This document shows, piece by piece, positions 1-12,101 of a stretch of DNA of 64,000 nt (position 1 is its first letter; each line of letters starts with the position of its first letter). The DNA lies in the NCBI RefSeq assembly GCF_009834535.1, contig NC_045698.1:9984001-10048000 (forward strand), in the 5' to 3' direction. A program made the position numbers and the translations under genes. The notes beneath the pieces were generated by a model. The model saw nothing but the letters and a program-made list of their open reading frames with translations, had not been told where the DNA came from and made no database searches. The DNA is from Camelus ferus. Lineage: Eukaryota.

Positions 1-1166
1 CCCACCAAATCCTGCTAATCAGCCTCACAAGACACTCACTTGAAAGCCAGGATGCTAATTTGGTACTGACACCTACTGCTAATTTGGATGCTAATTTGGT
101 GTCTGCACTTGGGAGGTTCACCTGCTCAACAGCAAACACTAGGGCATGGCCTCCATATGCAGAGTTAACAGAGAGACAGAATTCAGATCTGAATATTATT
201 TGGTAAGCCAAGCACTAGAGCACAAGAAATTAGAGTTTATTTATGGGATACTTTCTAAATCAACCTCTGGGTATTGGTAAGTGGCTATTTTCTGTTCTAA
301 CGATGAAGACTGTGTCTAGACTAGAAGTCATTCTCCTCCGTGCGGTGTCGAAAGGTCACCAGCAAATCGCAGTATTTTCTCATCCTCCTTGCTCAGCATC
401 TAAGTATCAGTCCTGAGACTCCTCTGTCAACACGTGACCTCAGGACAGAGGTCACAATTCATTATGTGACCGCTGATCCTTCATTAGTTACACTGAAATT
501 GGTGCTTTCCTGTTGGTATTTCGGGCACCATCCTCATTTCATCAGTAGCCGTTTACAACGTATCTCTTGGGAAGAGTTACTTTCTGGGATGATTTCCACA
601 GATGGCTGATGGCATTCATTCCACGTCTGGCAGGCGTCACCATGGCTCTCATGAGGCTTTGCAGTAAACTGCAAAGTCTTCCAGCCTCTGTGGCTGGATT
701 TCAGCCTCCTTTGGGCAAAAAAGAGGCAGTAGGTATCTTAAGGGATCCCCTTGAATGAAGGAGGCTCCCAGAGGATTGTCATTAAGCAGCACAGAGTAAA
801 GCACAAGCCTGAATCTGCATCTGACCACCTGCCCCCTAATGGCCAGCCTGCGACGAAACTGGTTTCTGGTCACTGGAGAAGAGTTAGCAAATGCTGCTCA
901 GCGAGAGACTCAGAAGGGTCTTCCTATGAGCAGTTTCCACCAGGCAAAGGCTTCTGTGGGCAAGTCTCCTCCTTTAAGAACTTTTAAGCCAAAGTCCTCC
1001 AGCCCCATCTGCTTGGACGATGCACTGTTCCAGGCTGAGAATATCGTCCATTCACAAATCTTAAACCAGACATAATGAGAAAACAAGAGTGGGCAGTGGG
1101 CCACATGTAGGCAGGAGACTTCATCCAGAAACCCAAGTATCTTCAGGCAAAGTTTAAAGTTCCACT

Positions 1167-1255
1167 TTCATTCATTCATTCATTCATTCATTCAGCAAAT
1201 ATGAGTACCTTTTAAGGGGCCAGGCACTGTACTACATACTAAGCACAGAGCAGCT
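1167..1255 (-). mobile_element. L2 3' end fragment with (TTCA)n tail
   Basis: (ttca)n followed by gcaaatatgagtacc...ccaggcactgtact, typical of an L2 3' terminus in reverse. Confidence 0.65.
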
Positions 1256-1294
1256 AATTAACATCCACACTTAATCACACATTAAAAAAATATT

Positions 1295-1445
1295 AATTGT
1301 AGGATGCATAATTATTTTATGGAACACTCAAAGAGGAAAAGACAAAATGCTGCCAATTACACTTATAAATACAACTTCAATTTTAAGTTGCATTCTGAAT
1401 TCACAGATGTTAAAATGTGGAAAGGTGTATCTCAGAATCATCGCC
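1295..1445. mobile_element. MER104/Kanga-like (TcMar-Tc2/pogo) terminal fragment
   Basis: gcattctgaattcacagatgttaaaatgtggaaaggtgtatctcagaatc resembles the recalled MER104/Kanga terminus. Confidence 0.55.
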
Positions 1446-1724
1446 ATCATTCCTGCCTTCACTGGGGGAAGATGTAAAATAAATAGAGCATAAATGAATA
1501 CATAATTCTAAATAAAATACGATTGCAGATTGTGGAAAGTATCATTAAAAAAGAAAAGAAGGTGCTTCTCTTGGATCTGTGTTCCAAATTATTGCCATTT
1601 TTTACCATTTAATACATTTTACGCTTACATTCCAAACTGGGAAATTTCCTGAACTCATCCCTAAATTATGAAGAGTCACCTACTTTGGGTCTTGCAGACC
1701 CACGTGTACCACCTACGCCATGTG

Positions 1725-1920
1725 ATGTAATAGAAAAGTGTCAGCCCTGGGGACAGACAGGCCTGGATTTAAAACCCAGCTCTGTCCTCTCTGAGCTCTA
1801 TGACATCAGAGCTTTGGTTTCCTAAAGTGTGCCCTAGAAATACACCCACCTGCCTAACTCACTTGCGATGGTTTAAATTTACGTAAAACTCCTGGACCCC
1901 TACAGGCACCTAATACATGA
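1725..1920 (+). mobile_element. MIR SINE, decayed
   Basis: agacaggcctggatttaaaacccagctctgtc...tttggtttcctaaagtgt...aggcacctaataca MIR core-like. Confidence 0.55.
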
Positions 1921-2267
1921 AAATTATGACTCTATTCTTTAATTGCAAAAAAGTTAAGACTACAATCCATGACAGTATCAATGTAGGGGACAAATTCCCA
2001 AGGAATTTAACCTAACCCACAAGTTCCAATCCAAAGCTGTTGGGAAATTTTGCCCTTGATTTCTGAGTATGTCCCAAGAAAAAGAGTGGATCCAGATTTT
2101 ATCAGTTACCATCGACACATTTTTTTCATGGATTTCCACCTCTAAGAATGTCTTACTGAGGCCCAGCAGAATCAAACACATTCATCAGTTTAATAGCCTT
2201 GTAAACAATGATACAGGGGGGCAGCATATAAAAATGCTGAATGAGTTCAGTGGGATGAGAAAGTACC

Positions 2268-2650
2268 ATATTTCACCCATTCTGAGTTGCACATTTTTTC
2301 CCTTCTTACCATGTTGAATTGGATGCATCTGATATGCACCCTCATAGCTGCTGGTTGAGAGCAATCCTGACACAGGTGTCATTGCCAGAGTTGTGCAGAC
2401 TCAGTTGCCACTCTGAGCGGCATGACAAGGCCACTCCAGCACCCTGATGTCACAGGCAACAAACAATTCAACATCCAACTGAGGAAGGAGTGTGTGTACC
2501 AGCTGTTTTCTGAAAATCTTCCACTGACACCTTCTGGGAAGATCAAGAAAACACCAGCATTGCAGCTTACAGAATGGATGACAGCAGATGGAAAGAAAAT
2601 CCCAGAAGAGGCAGACCCTGAGTGTGAAAAAGGTTTCGAAATTTCTTAAC
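2268..2650 (+). mobile_element. Kanga/pogo-like DNA transposon fossil with DDE transposase remnant
   Basis: Left-end-like catatttcacccattctgagttgcacatttt, then a frame reading GMTRPLQHPDVTGNKQF...LRKE...SENLPLTPSGKIKK.PA..L.EW, matching the C-terminal part of pogo-family DDE_1 domains. Confidence 0.75.
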
Positions 2651-3026
2651 CAATGCATTGCACCTGTATTTGCATGGGTGCACAAGGGTGGACATATAAT
2701 TTTTTTCATCTATTTAATTCAGTTTGAAAGCGCTTTTTCAATTAAAATAAATAACAATTCTAAGAAAGCAATGCATCCTACTTTAATCATCAGCTGTTTT
2801 TCTATCTTAGTGGTGAAGGGAACAGTGGCATGTCTTTTATCTGACGCTGGCTTAGCTCAGATAAAATACAGGTTTATGACAGCTAATGAACAAAGAGAGC
2901 TTCTTGGAGAAGGTAGGATTTAAGTCAAGCTTTAAGGGAGAATAAGATTCAAATAAAGGTAGGGCATAATACAGAGGGCGAAATATTACAAGCAAAGCAC
3001 CAAGGTTGGAATTCAAAAGAGAGCTT

Positions 3027-3167
3027 CGTATGTGGAATCTAAAAAAAAAGGACACAAGTGAACTTATCTACAAAATAGAAACAGACTCACAAACACAGAG
3101 AACAAACGTATGATTGCCAGGGGGTTAAAAGGGTGGGAAGGGGTAAATCAGGAGTTTGAAATTTGTA
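3027..3167 (+). mobile_element. L1 3' UTR fragment
   Basis: tatgtggaatctaaaaaaa...aaacagactcaca...ttgccagggg, shared with the other L1 3' ends in the window. Confidence 0.8.
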
Positions 3168-6100
3168 CCTCTAACATGAGTGATTAACCTCTGAAAGGTA
3201 AGCTGAGGCTGAACTTTGGTTGTTAACCTAACTAGCTGGCCCTTGTTGGCATCAGAAAGTCACTGAAAAGCACAACTGATGGAAGAGTTGAGTAGGAAGA
3301 TTATGCTGAAGGACTAGAGTGAAGAGAGACTGAAGTCAGACTCCTGGGCAGGAGGAAACATAGGATTTAATGGAGGGATGGAGAGTGGTCACCAGAGTCT
3401 CTCAAAAACAAACAAGCTACCCCTAAGCTCCTCCTACAAAGAAATCCTGGTTGAAGAAAGAACGGAAGGAATAGAAAGATAGAATCTGACCACTGGCAGT
3501 GGAGAAAAGTAGACGCAGTTGTCAAAGACGATTCCACTGTGTTGAGCACAGGTAAAGTGAAGAATCATAGCAACGCACACGGGAACGGGGGTATCTAGAG
3601 AAACAGAGCGTGCTGGAGACTACGTGACTAACGAAATCTGAATAAAGCTCTGATTCTTTACTTTTCCTACTGGTCTTTTCATCTTGAAACCATGAAGGTC
3701 AATATACACGAGACCAAAAAATCCAATACCTTTTTCTTTATTTCTAATTTCATAATATAAAGAAAAAACTCATAAACAAAAGAAAATGAACCAATCATAC
3801 ATTGATTCAATAATTATTTGAGCTGCCTCCCCTCAAAAAAAAATAATAATTTTAAAAGCTTCAAATGAAGTGGTATGGTTTGTTGATTTTTTGCCATTTC
3901 CATGAGTTGAAATTGTACAACAAATGCTTAAAAAAGATGCACAGGTTTCTTGATGCCTCATGCATAAAAATTCAAGAGCAGAAGAAGGAAACACAGGTGA
4001 AATCTCAGAGGGGGACACAGAAAGCAGGCGCATTCAGAGTACAGCCTACCCTAAGCAGAACGTCTAAGTTCTGCAGGCAAAGATTGGAAGAGAGATGCTC
4101 GATGCTAAATGCACATTCCAGACGTTATTTTGTATAGTACCTTTCAAGTGGACAGTGTACGAATCAGGAATTTGGGGCACTGAGAGCAGGTTACACATAC
4201 AGCAAGAAAACCTCAGGAACCCACCCCCACCCCCGACTTCTCTCTTTGTCTTCCTCCTGGTTCCACCTCCACGAATCTCCGTAGAAACAGTGTTGTCCTG
4301 GCTTTGGGAAGCCACGTTTTTGATCCTGACTCCCATATACGGGTTGGTCATGTGACGTTGATAAACCACCAGCCGCACTGGCCCATGAAGTAGGTGGCCA
4401 GGTGACCTTACAGGCACCGTCCAGCTCCAAACAAGATGTATGAGCTAAGTGAGTGATCCCTGCCACTTGGATCCCACGCACACAGCGTACTTAAAGTAAC
4501 TGAAACATCGTCTCAACATCAATTCTACCCAGCCAGTCTGACAACATGGCATACGAAACACTGGAAGGATTATGATAACATCTGGAATGAGGTTGATCAC
4601 TTTAATGCTGCAGCTCTGTGACATCTTTGACAATATTGTTTTCCCCGTGGAAATTTTTTTCCCATTCTAGATGCCCAATCTTGAACAAATGATGCTCTCT
4701 GGACCATAATGCTTGTTCTCTGTGTATAAAGCTGTGGTGCTTTATAAGATTCCCTTCCCAAACCTAAACACAACCTCAGATGCTCTGAGTGAATATGTGG
4801 ATATCAAATCTTGGTGCAAATGACAGAGTTCATGGTAGTAAGCCCTTCTCACATCCTGCTTTGGGGTCGCAGCTTAGTATGGTTATAATTTTTCATGTTA
4901 ATCCTTTCCCGACTATATTGCCAACCTCAGTTATCCCAGTTACTCCTTGTTTAAGACCAAAATTTTAGCATCATTTCACACAAGTGAGAAAAATAACACT
5001 TCTCTAATTAGAATCTTGTCTGTAGTTAGAATCTGAAGCAGCAGCGTGGAAATGATCCCGTGGCTTAATTATGTGTTCTTTGAGAAATCGGAGGTCCAAA
5101 CAAATATATGGCCAGTATTAAGTAGAGAGATATGAAGAGAACCCTCATCGATGCGATCATTCTTGCTCTGTGAAAGCAGCAGACACGAATGATCTTCACC
5201 TTCAAGTTGCCTTTTATTTGCTATCGTTCCTCACATGGGCGTTCTAAGGCACCAAGCCGTGATCATTTTCCCAAATGTAAAGCAACAGAAACTTCAGCTC
5301 ATATTCCCTCCTTTTGGTTTCTGATTTAGTTTATCAGGTATTTACATAGGAGGAAAATATATTTCATTGCATAAGTCACTGCCCATCCCAAGATCTGGTC
5401 TCTGGCATTGAAGACGTCGAGAACCAGTGAGTAATACTGAGAAACCCCTCAGCTCACAGGCACCCACTCCTGCTGACTCACCAGCAGACACACACAGCCT
5501 GCAGGAACCCAAGACTTCCAGCTGCAGGAATGAGGATGGGGGCCCAAGGGCCACGGGAGCATCACTTTGAGGGCCATCAGCTGTTGTCACAGTGGTGCTT
5601 GTTTTGTTCAATAGAGGAAGAAAAATGTAGAGTCAGGTTCACCAGCAAACATAAAAATTCTCACTTAATCCTGCATCTAGTGCTTTCCTCTGGTGCTAAA
5701 ATATCAAAAAATGGTCATCCCAAAATCTCGTTCCTTTTTTTCAGAGAATAAAGTAAGTCAAACATCATCTGATGCAAAATCAAATCCTAATATTAGGGAT
5801 TATCAGTTGATTCACTCAAGAGACCTCTTCTAAAAGCAATAAAAAAAAAAATAGCACATCCCAGGGCTTCAAATATCAAAAGCACATTAACTGGCCACCA
5901 TCATGGAGAACTTCCCAATGTATGATAGCTTAACTCTGCAAATCTTCATTTAATAGGATATTTATCATAAATAAATACAAGCCCATGGAAATAATCAAGA
6001 CATATTTATAAACACCAACGGTCAGCACTCACACCCACGCCAAGGGGTCTGGCAGTAAATTGAGATGCACTGGTCCATGAGACAGAAAATCTTTTGATTA

Positions 6101-6992
6101 TAAGAATGTGATCAAATATAATGTATATGTGCCATCAAACTGCAATAATTCTACCTAATAAAACTGAAAAAGGGGGGAAAAAAGAACGTGATCAGATACA
6201 GAAAATCCATTTATCTGAAGCCAAGTAGGTAATTTCTGGAAAGAAAGTTTTGTCTCTCTGTGAAAAGCTTTAAGGAAAGGCTTGGGGAGACATTAAAGGA
6301 AGATGTGTCCCAGGGCCAAGAATGATTTGATCACTTCATAAAGAAAGGAGCTGACAGAAGACCAGAGTTCAAGGGGAGACTCAGATGCCTTGCTTTTGGT
6401 GACCTCTGACCTCCACCAAGACCACTGCAGACTCTTAGAGGTCTGCGATGGATCGGTCTGTACCACAGCTATATTTGTGCTGCTCATTAAGTGAATGAAG
6501 AACGGTTCTATTTATAACCTCATCCAGGAGTTAATTAGGTCTTTAAACCCCAAACAACCTACAGTCGAAAAAGAGTACTCTGCTATCAACAGAGCACAAT
6601 TTACTTTGCCAAAGAAGACAAAAATAACCCAATTTATTTACCTGTTAGTGTCTTCTATACTTCACCTTTCTTAAAGACCATAACATAACTTGTAATAAAT
6701 GTCGTTACTGCCTATAGATTTCACAAGACAAATCTCAAACGCTGCTGTTTCCTTTAATAACAAAAGTGCGAAAGTATCATTTCAGTGAGCAAACATGAAC
6801 TCTGCTATTGCATACATAAAGAATAAATTCATTTTATTGCTAACAAAACTAAATTATATAAACACTATGCAGATCGAATGTTCTTTCAAAGCTTCTTTAG
6901 GAGGAGTTTCCAAGCTTACTTCTTACCAAAACCAGCACCACAACTTTCCTGACAGAGCAGGGATAAAAGGACACCCAATTAATATTAACAGA

Positions 6993-7080
6993 GGGGGGAT
7001 GGATATAGCTCAGTGGTAGAACACATGCTTAGTATGCACAAGGTCTTGAGTTCAATCCCCAGTACCGCCATTAAAAAATA
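6993..7080 (+). mobile_element. tRNA-derived camelid-type SINE
   Basis: A box tagctcagtgg, B box gagttcaatcc, A-rich tail; similar to six other copies. Confidence 0.85.
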
Positions 7081-7998
7081 TATATGTATACTAATACATA
7101 CACATACATTTCCTACCATAAGTACATTTCACAGTGCTCTATAATGCAACATCTCATTCCTGCTTCTTAATTGCAAGCTTCCTGACTTTCCATCTGTCAT
7201 TAACTCTTCCACTGAAAACAGTGAACATTGGGCCCTGTATTTAAGGGTAGCGCCCCAGACAGATTCAAACAGCCAAGGAAATGGCACAATTAATTACACA
7301 AACTAACTTCCATTGATTGAATTAAGTGCCATTATTATGGAGGCATAAATGGTCCAGGTATGAAAACATGTAGCCCAGGATAAGGCAAGGTTTGTGAAAA
7401 CGCAGCCCTTGCCTGGTGATTCAGTGTCAGGCATGAAATTAATCTGAACAATTTCTTTCAACCGTTTTAACTTTCAAACATGACATCATCCAAAACGTGG
7501 GAAAGTTCCTGTTTAATAGGAACCGAAGATGCAAAGAAAGACCCTTTCTTTGGATTGTGTAACCCCTGTCCCAGGTGGTAAGGAAATTAATTCCATATTA
7601 TAGGTGTGAGTGAAGAAAAAGTGTTATACATTTTAAGAGAACGTTTTAGTATAGCTCATTAATCTCATCAAAGTCAACCGTTTTTTGAGCTTCTCTGATA
7701 CACCCAACACAATGTTATTCAAGTATAAGATACAAAGAGTTCATAATCTAGCAAAGGAGATACAACCTGAATTAGCCAATGATAAAGCACTAAATTGTAA
7801 GACCCTATCAAAGTATATTGGAATCCATGCTGCTGTATCAAGATCATGAGTCAATGTATGCAAAATATACCCCTAATATGCAGTAAGGTTGAAAAGATTT
7901 TAGAAAAGAACTTTTTATAAAACTCAGCTTTGAAATTAGTCTAAATTACTCAACTAAAGTGGAAGCAATAGTACACCTAAAAACTAAGGGAAAAATTA

Positions 7999-8140
7999 GG
8001 GGGAGGGTATAGCTTCAGTGGTGGAGTGAGCTGCTTAGCATGCATGAGGTCCTGGGTTCAATCCCCAGTACCTCCATTAAAAATAAATAAAGAAGCCTAA
8101 TTACCTATCCCCCAAGAGTTTAAAAAAAAAAAAGAAAGAA
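7999..8140 (+). mobile_element. tRNA-derived camelid-type SINE
   Basis: ggggagggtatagcttcagtgg...gggttcaatccccagtacctcc, then cctaattacct tail segment and poly-A. Confidence 0.88.
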
Positions 8141-9616
8141 AAAAGAACCTAAGGGGAAAAGTACAGAGCTAAAAAAAAGTCTGTACCATTTTCTTTTCAT
8201 AAAATAAAGGAAAAACATGTTCCTGCAGGGAGTGTTCTGAAAGGGAGCTAGAGCAGGCCAGGAGAAAACATGTTCTCTCTGCGTTTCCATTTTCTTCCTC
8301 TCCTTTTCCCAAAGCAAAGTGTTAACATTTGCATCTGCTCCAACAGAAAATTCTAGAAGGAGGACAGCATCTGTCGGTTCCCCATAAAATCAGCCCAGGC
8401 ATTCGTAGCACTGCCACCTGCTGAGTAAGGCCTGTTCCACCTTCTACATCTGGTTCTTCCTCATTCTCCCTTAACCCCCCTCCGCAATCTGCTTCAGTCT
8501 CCCTCCCTTCTTATCCCAAAGCCCAAAGGAGAATCATCTCTCAGCCAAATCGCATGTGTTCTCTTTCACATCATCACTGATCTTCTTGCCACTCCTGAGC
8601 ATGATTTTGAAACAAATCAGGGTCAGACCGTCAGCCTGAAGACCAAGGCAGACCACCAGAGCATTACTTTGGCAAGTGGGTTTCCCAGCCAAACAATGGA
8701 AGGAAGAAAACCAGGGGCGCCCAACTGCTTATTCCATCAGAACAACAAAGCATAGAAAAACAAAAACTGAAGGTGTTAATTCACTGAGTGATGTAGAGCA
8801 ATGGGAGAAAATCTATTGCTTTTCAAATCCAGAAAATACACAAAGCTGAAAGCCACAACCTCCTAAGAGAAAATATGAGGCAATTATGACTAAAAGAACT
8901 ATAGCTGAAGGCAATTTTTCTCCAAACTATGATCTTCATTTGGGAATTACATTTCTCCTTTTTTTTTTTTTTTAAGAAAATTAATGAAATGGAAAACATC
9001 TCTAAGTCACAAAAGTTTGTCCTGCAGGAAGTTTTCCAAGTGGTAAGCAGTCTATCTGGCTTTATTTTTCTCTAATTAGTTCCATTCAACTCTTGTAGAG
9101 ATGAAATCTCATTAAACCAGGTCAAAACTCTTATTCAATGTTAAAATTTTATTCTGATATGTATGGAAAAGCAAGACTTGGGGAGGGGAGGTCCTGGCCA
9201 AAAATATGCAACAATGAAGAGAGAAAAGAGCTTCAAGCCACTTCCTGCCCTTTCCTGCAGACCTCCACCTTGTGCAAGGACATCATCCATCGTCCGCTCC
9301 TGCCAGTGGGGGCCCATGCTCTTCTCCAGATGTAACCTCCAGAATCTGTCTGAAACACACTGCCCTCCTTCTGTGCAGGTCAAAGTCCCATTCATGTGTC
9401 AGGGATGTGTCCTCGTGTTCCTTCCTCTGTGGAGTCCTTCCTGAATCTCAGGCTTCCCTCCTCTGAAATTCTATTGCTCATTCCTTGATTCTAATAGTTT
9501 CATGCTAAATAATCATTATATTTCAGAAATATAATTATTTGTACTAGGATGTTTTTAAAACAAGGATTTTGAATATTATGATTAGTACTGCATCTGACAC
9601 ACAACACGTGATCATT

Positions 9617-10337
9617 TTGTTATTGAAGGAGATTTACAATGTTGTGTTAGATTCTGGTGTACAGCAAAGTGATTCAGCTACATATATAACTTTTCAGTTT
9701 ATTGTCTATTATAGGTTATCACAAGATATTGAATATAGTTCCCTGTGCTATACAGTTAAGTCCTTGTTGCTTATCTATTTTATATATAGTAGTGTGTATG
9801 TGTTAATCCCAAACTCCTAATTTATGCCTCCCCCTCTTTCCCCTTTGGTAACCATAAGTTTGTTTTCTACATCAGTGTGTCTATTTCTGGCTTGTAAATA
9901 AGTTCATTTGTATCACATTTTTTTAGACTCTACATATACATATAAGTGATACCATATGATACTTGTCTTTTTGTCTTACTTCATTTAATATGGTAATCTC
10001 TAGGTCCATTCATGTTGCTGCAAATGGCATTATTTCATTCTTTTTTATGGCTGAGTAGTACTCCACTTGTGCGCGCGCGCGCGTGTGTGTGTGTGTGTGT
10101 GTATCACACCTTCTTTATCCATTCATCTGTCAGTGGACATTTAGGTTGCTTCTATGTCTCGGCTATTGTAAACAGTGCTGCTTTCAACATTGAGATGCAT
10201 GTATCCTTTCAAATTAGAGTTTTCTCTGGACATATGCCCAGGAGTGGGACTGCTGGATCATATGGTAACTGTATTTTTAGTTTTTTAAGGAACTTCCATG
10301 CTGTCCTCCATAGTGGCTGCACCAATTTACATTCCCA
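9617..10337 (-). mobile_element. L1 3' end (ORF2 C-terminus plus 3' UTR)
   Basis: Reverse of the L1 tail: ttccctgtgctataca, tccattcatctgtcagtggacatttaggttg, atgcccaggagtggga. Confidence 0.9.
10068..10104. repeat. (GC)6(GT)10 compound microsatellite
   Basis: Read directly: tgtgcgcgcgcgcgcgtgtgtgtgtgtgtgtgtgtat. Confidence 0.95.
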
Positions 10338-11280
10338 TTACATCATAAATGATAATTTTTTAATTAACCTATACTGCATATAGTAATAAACTAAAAATGA
10401 TGTTTCTTTCTGTTAAGTAGTAACTCTATTTTTCTAACTCTCTTGAAGGTGTTGTTTTTCATGCCATCATTGTTCTCATTCTTGTTGTTGTTGTTCTTTT
10501 TTAATTTGTTGTGTCGGTGGTAATAGTGGTGTTTGGGGTTGCAGTAGAATCATTGAAAAATGTGAAAGGCAGATTCCAGCCCCTCCTGTAAGAGTCACTT
10601 TTCCTCCTCTGTGCCTATGTTAAATAGAGGGTGTATACTTGTTTATTCTGCATTTCTACTTTCCTCAATTAACCCAGACTGAAGCTAGAGGTTTATACCA
10701 CAATCAGCTCTTACACATTTTCTTGCATGGAAATATACAAGCAGGTGCTCTTTTTTTTTATTATCATTCTACCGAATGATTATCAAATGCGATAGAACTG
10801 CAATTCAGAATTTTGTGAACTGAATTATTTATTAGAGTGAATTTCAATACACTAAGCATCAACTTACCATCGCTCAGAGCCATCAGCTAAGGTTTACAAA
10901 TACTTTCCTTACAGGGAATTGTTGTCGCAGTAGTGTTTGTACTACGGGAATGTCAAGTTGGTAAAGCTCTACTATTAATAATCGATCAGGAGACGCATGA
11001 AGGGAGCACCGTGCCTGCGATCAACAGGCTTTGGCTTATCAGACTTTTTTTCTTTTCTTTTCAAAAAGAAATCCTCCGAATTCCAGTTACAAGATTTACA
11101 GCATTTCAATCGTATGCCCTATAAAATCTTATGTTCGGAGGTTAATAAAATGAGATTAATCCAGAGATACCACATGTTGGGTTCTTTTCTTTTTTCTTTT
11201 CAAGCACAGAACATTAGATGATGCAATCTAAGCTCTGAAAAGGGGGTGAGGGGGTTGGAAACGGCTACTAGTGGAGGTTA

Positions 11281-11300
11281 GCTGCCATCTAGCGGCTGGA
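11281..11300 (-). promoter_or_regulatory. CTCF binding motif
   Basis: Reverse complement TCCAGCCGCTAGATGGCAGC closely fits the CCASYAGRKGGCRS core. Confidence 0.65.
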
Positions 11301-11865
11301 AGTGTAATTCACCCAAAGCCCATTGCCACAAGAGCTAAGGAAATGCAGAACTCAGACCCGTGTCTCATAAGAACATAAAAGGCTATCAGTAATCTACATT
11401 ACTGTCTCATATTTACATAAAGACAGGTGGGCAAATGATGGGCAAATGAGTGAATGCTTTAATGGAAGAAAAGCCAAAGTATCCTCGTTTAAAATTCTAA
11501 ACCAAAAGTAACTTACCTTTATGTTCAAATTGTTTCCCTTTCAAAAATTCCCAACTTAGAAACTTTGCCTAGCTACATCATATGAGCTAAACAAGATGAT
11601 GAAGTGATTACCAGTGACAAAGCAGACCTGACCTGCCTGGGAGACAGCACACTGAAGAGGCAAAAATTTTGATATCAATCTCTCAAGAAGAAAACCATGC
11701 AAATACATCCATATGGTGATCACAATATTGGTCCAGATACTTAGTGAGTTCACGTTGAATGATTTGGATCATTTTCATTTACATAAAATGTAATACCATC
11801 CTCATTTAAAACCCTTACCCTCCTTTAAACACTTCTAATACTAATGTTTTTAAATACAGCTTTGA

Positions 11866-12101
11866 GGGGGCGGGAGGTGGGAAGGGACAGACTGGGATTT
11901 CAAAATGTAGAATAGATAAACAAGATTATACTGTATAGCACAGGGAAATATATACAAGATCTTTTGGTAGCTCACAGCAGAAAAAAAAATGTGACAATGA
12001 ATATATGTATGTTCATGTATAACTGAAAAATTGTGCTGAACACTGGAATTTGACACAACGTTGTAAAATGATTATAACTCAATAAAAAATGTTAAAATAA
12101 A
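11866..12101 (+). mobile_element. Young 5'-truncated L1 with 15-bp TSD
   Basis: Perfect TSD taaatacagctttga at 11851-11865 and 12102-12116; sequence nearly identical to L1 tails at ~46.2 and ~48.0 kb. Confidence 0.92.

Noticed and set aside
910..1050. Possible minus-strand exon after a pyrimidine-rich acceptor (tttaag/ATTTG)
   Set aside because: All three frames stop before any convincing donor
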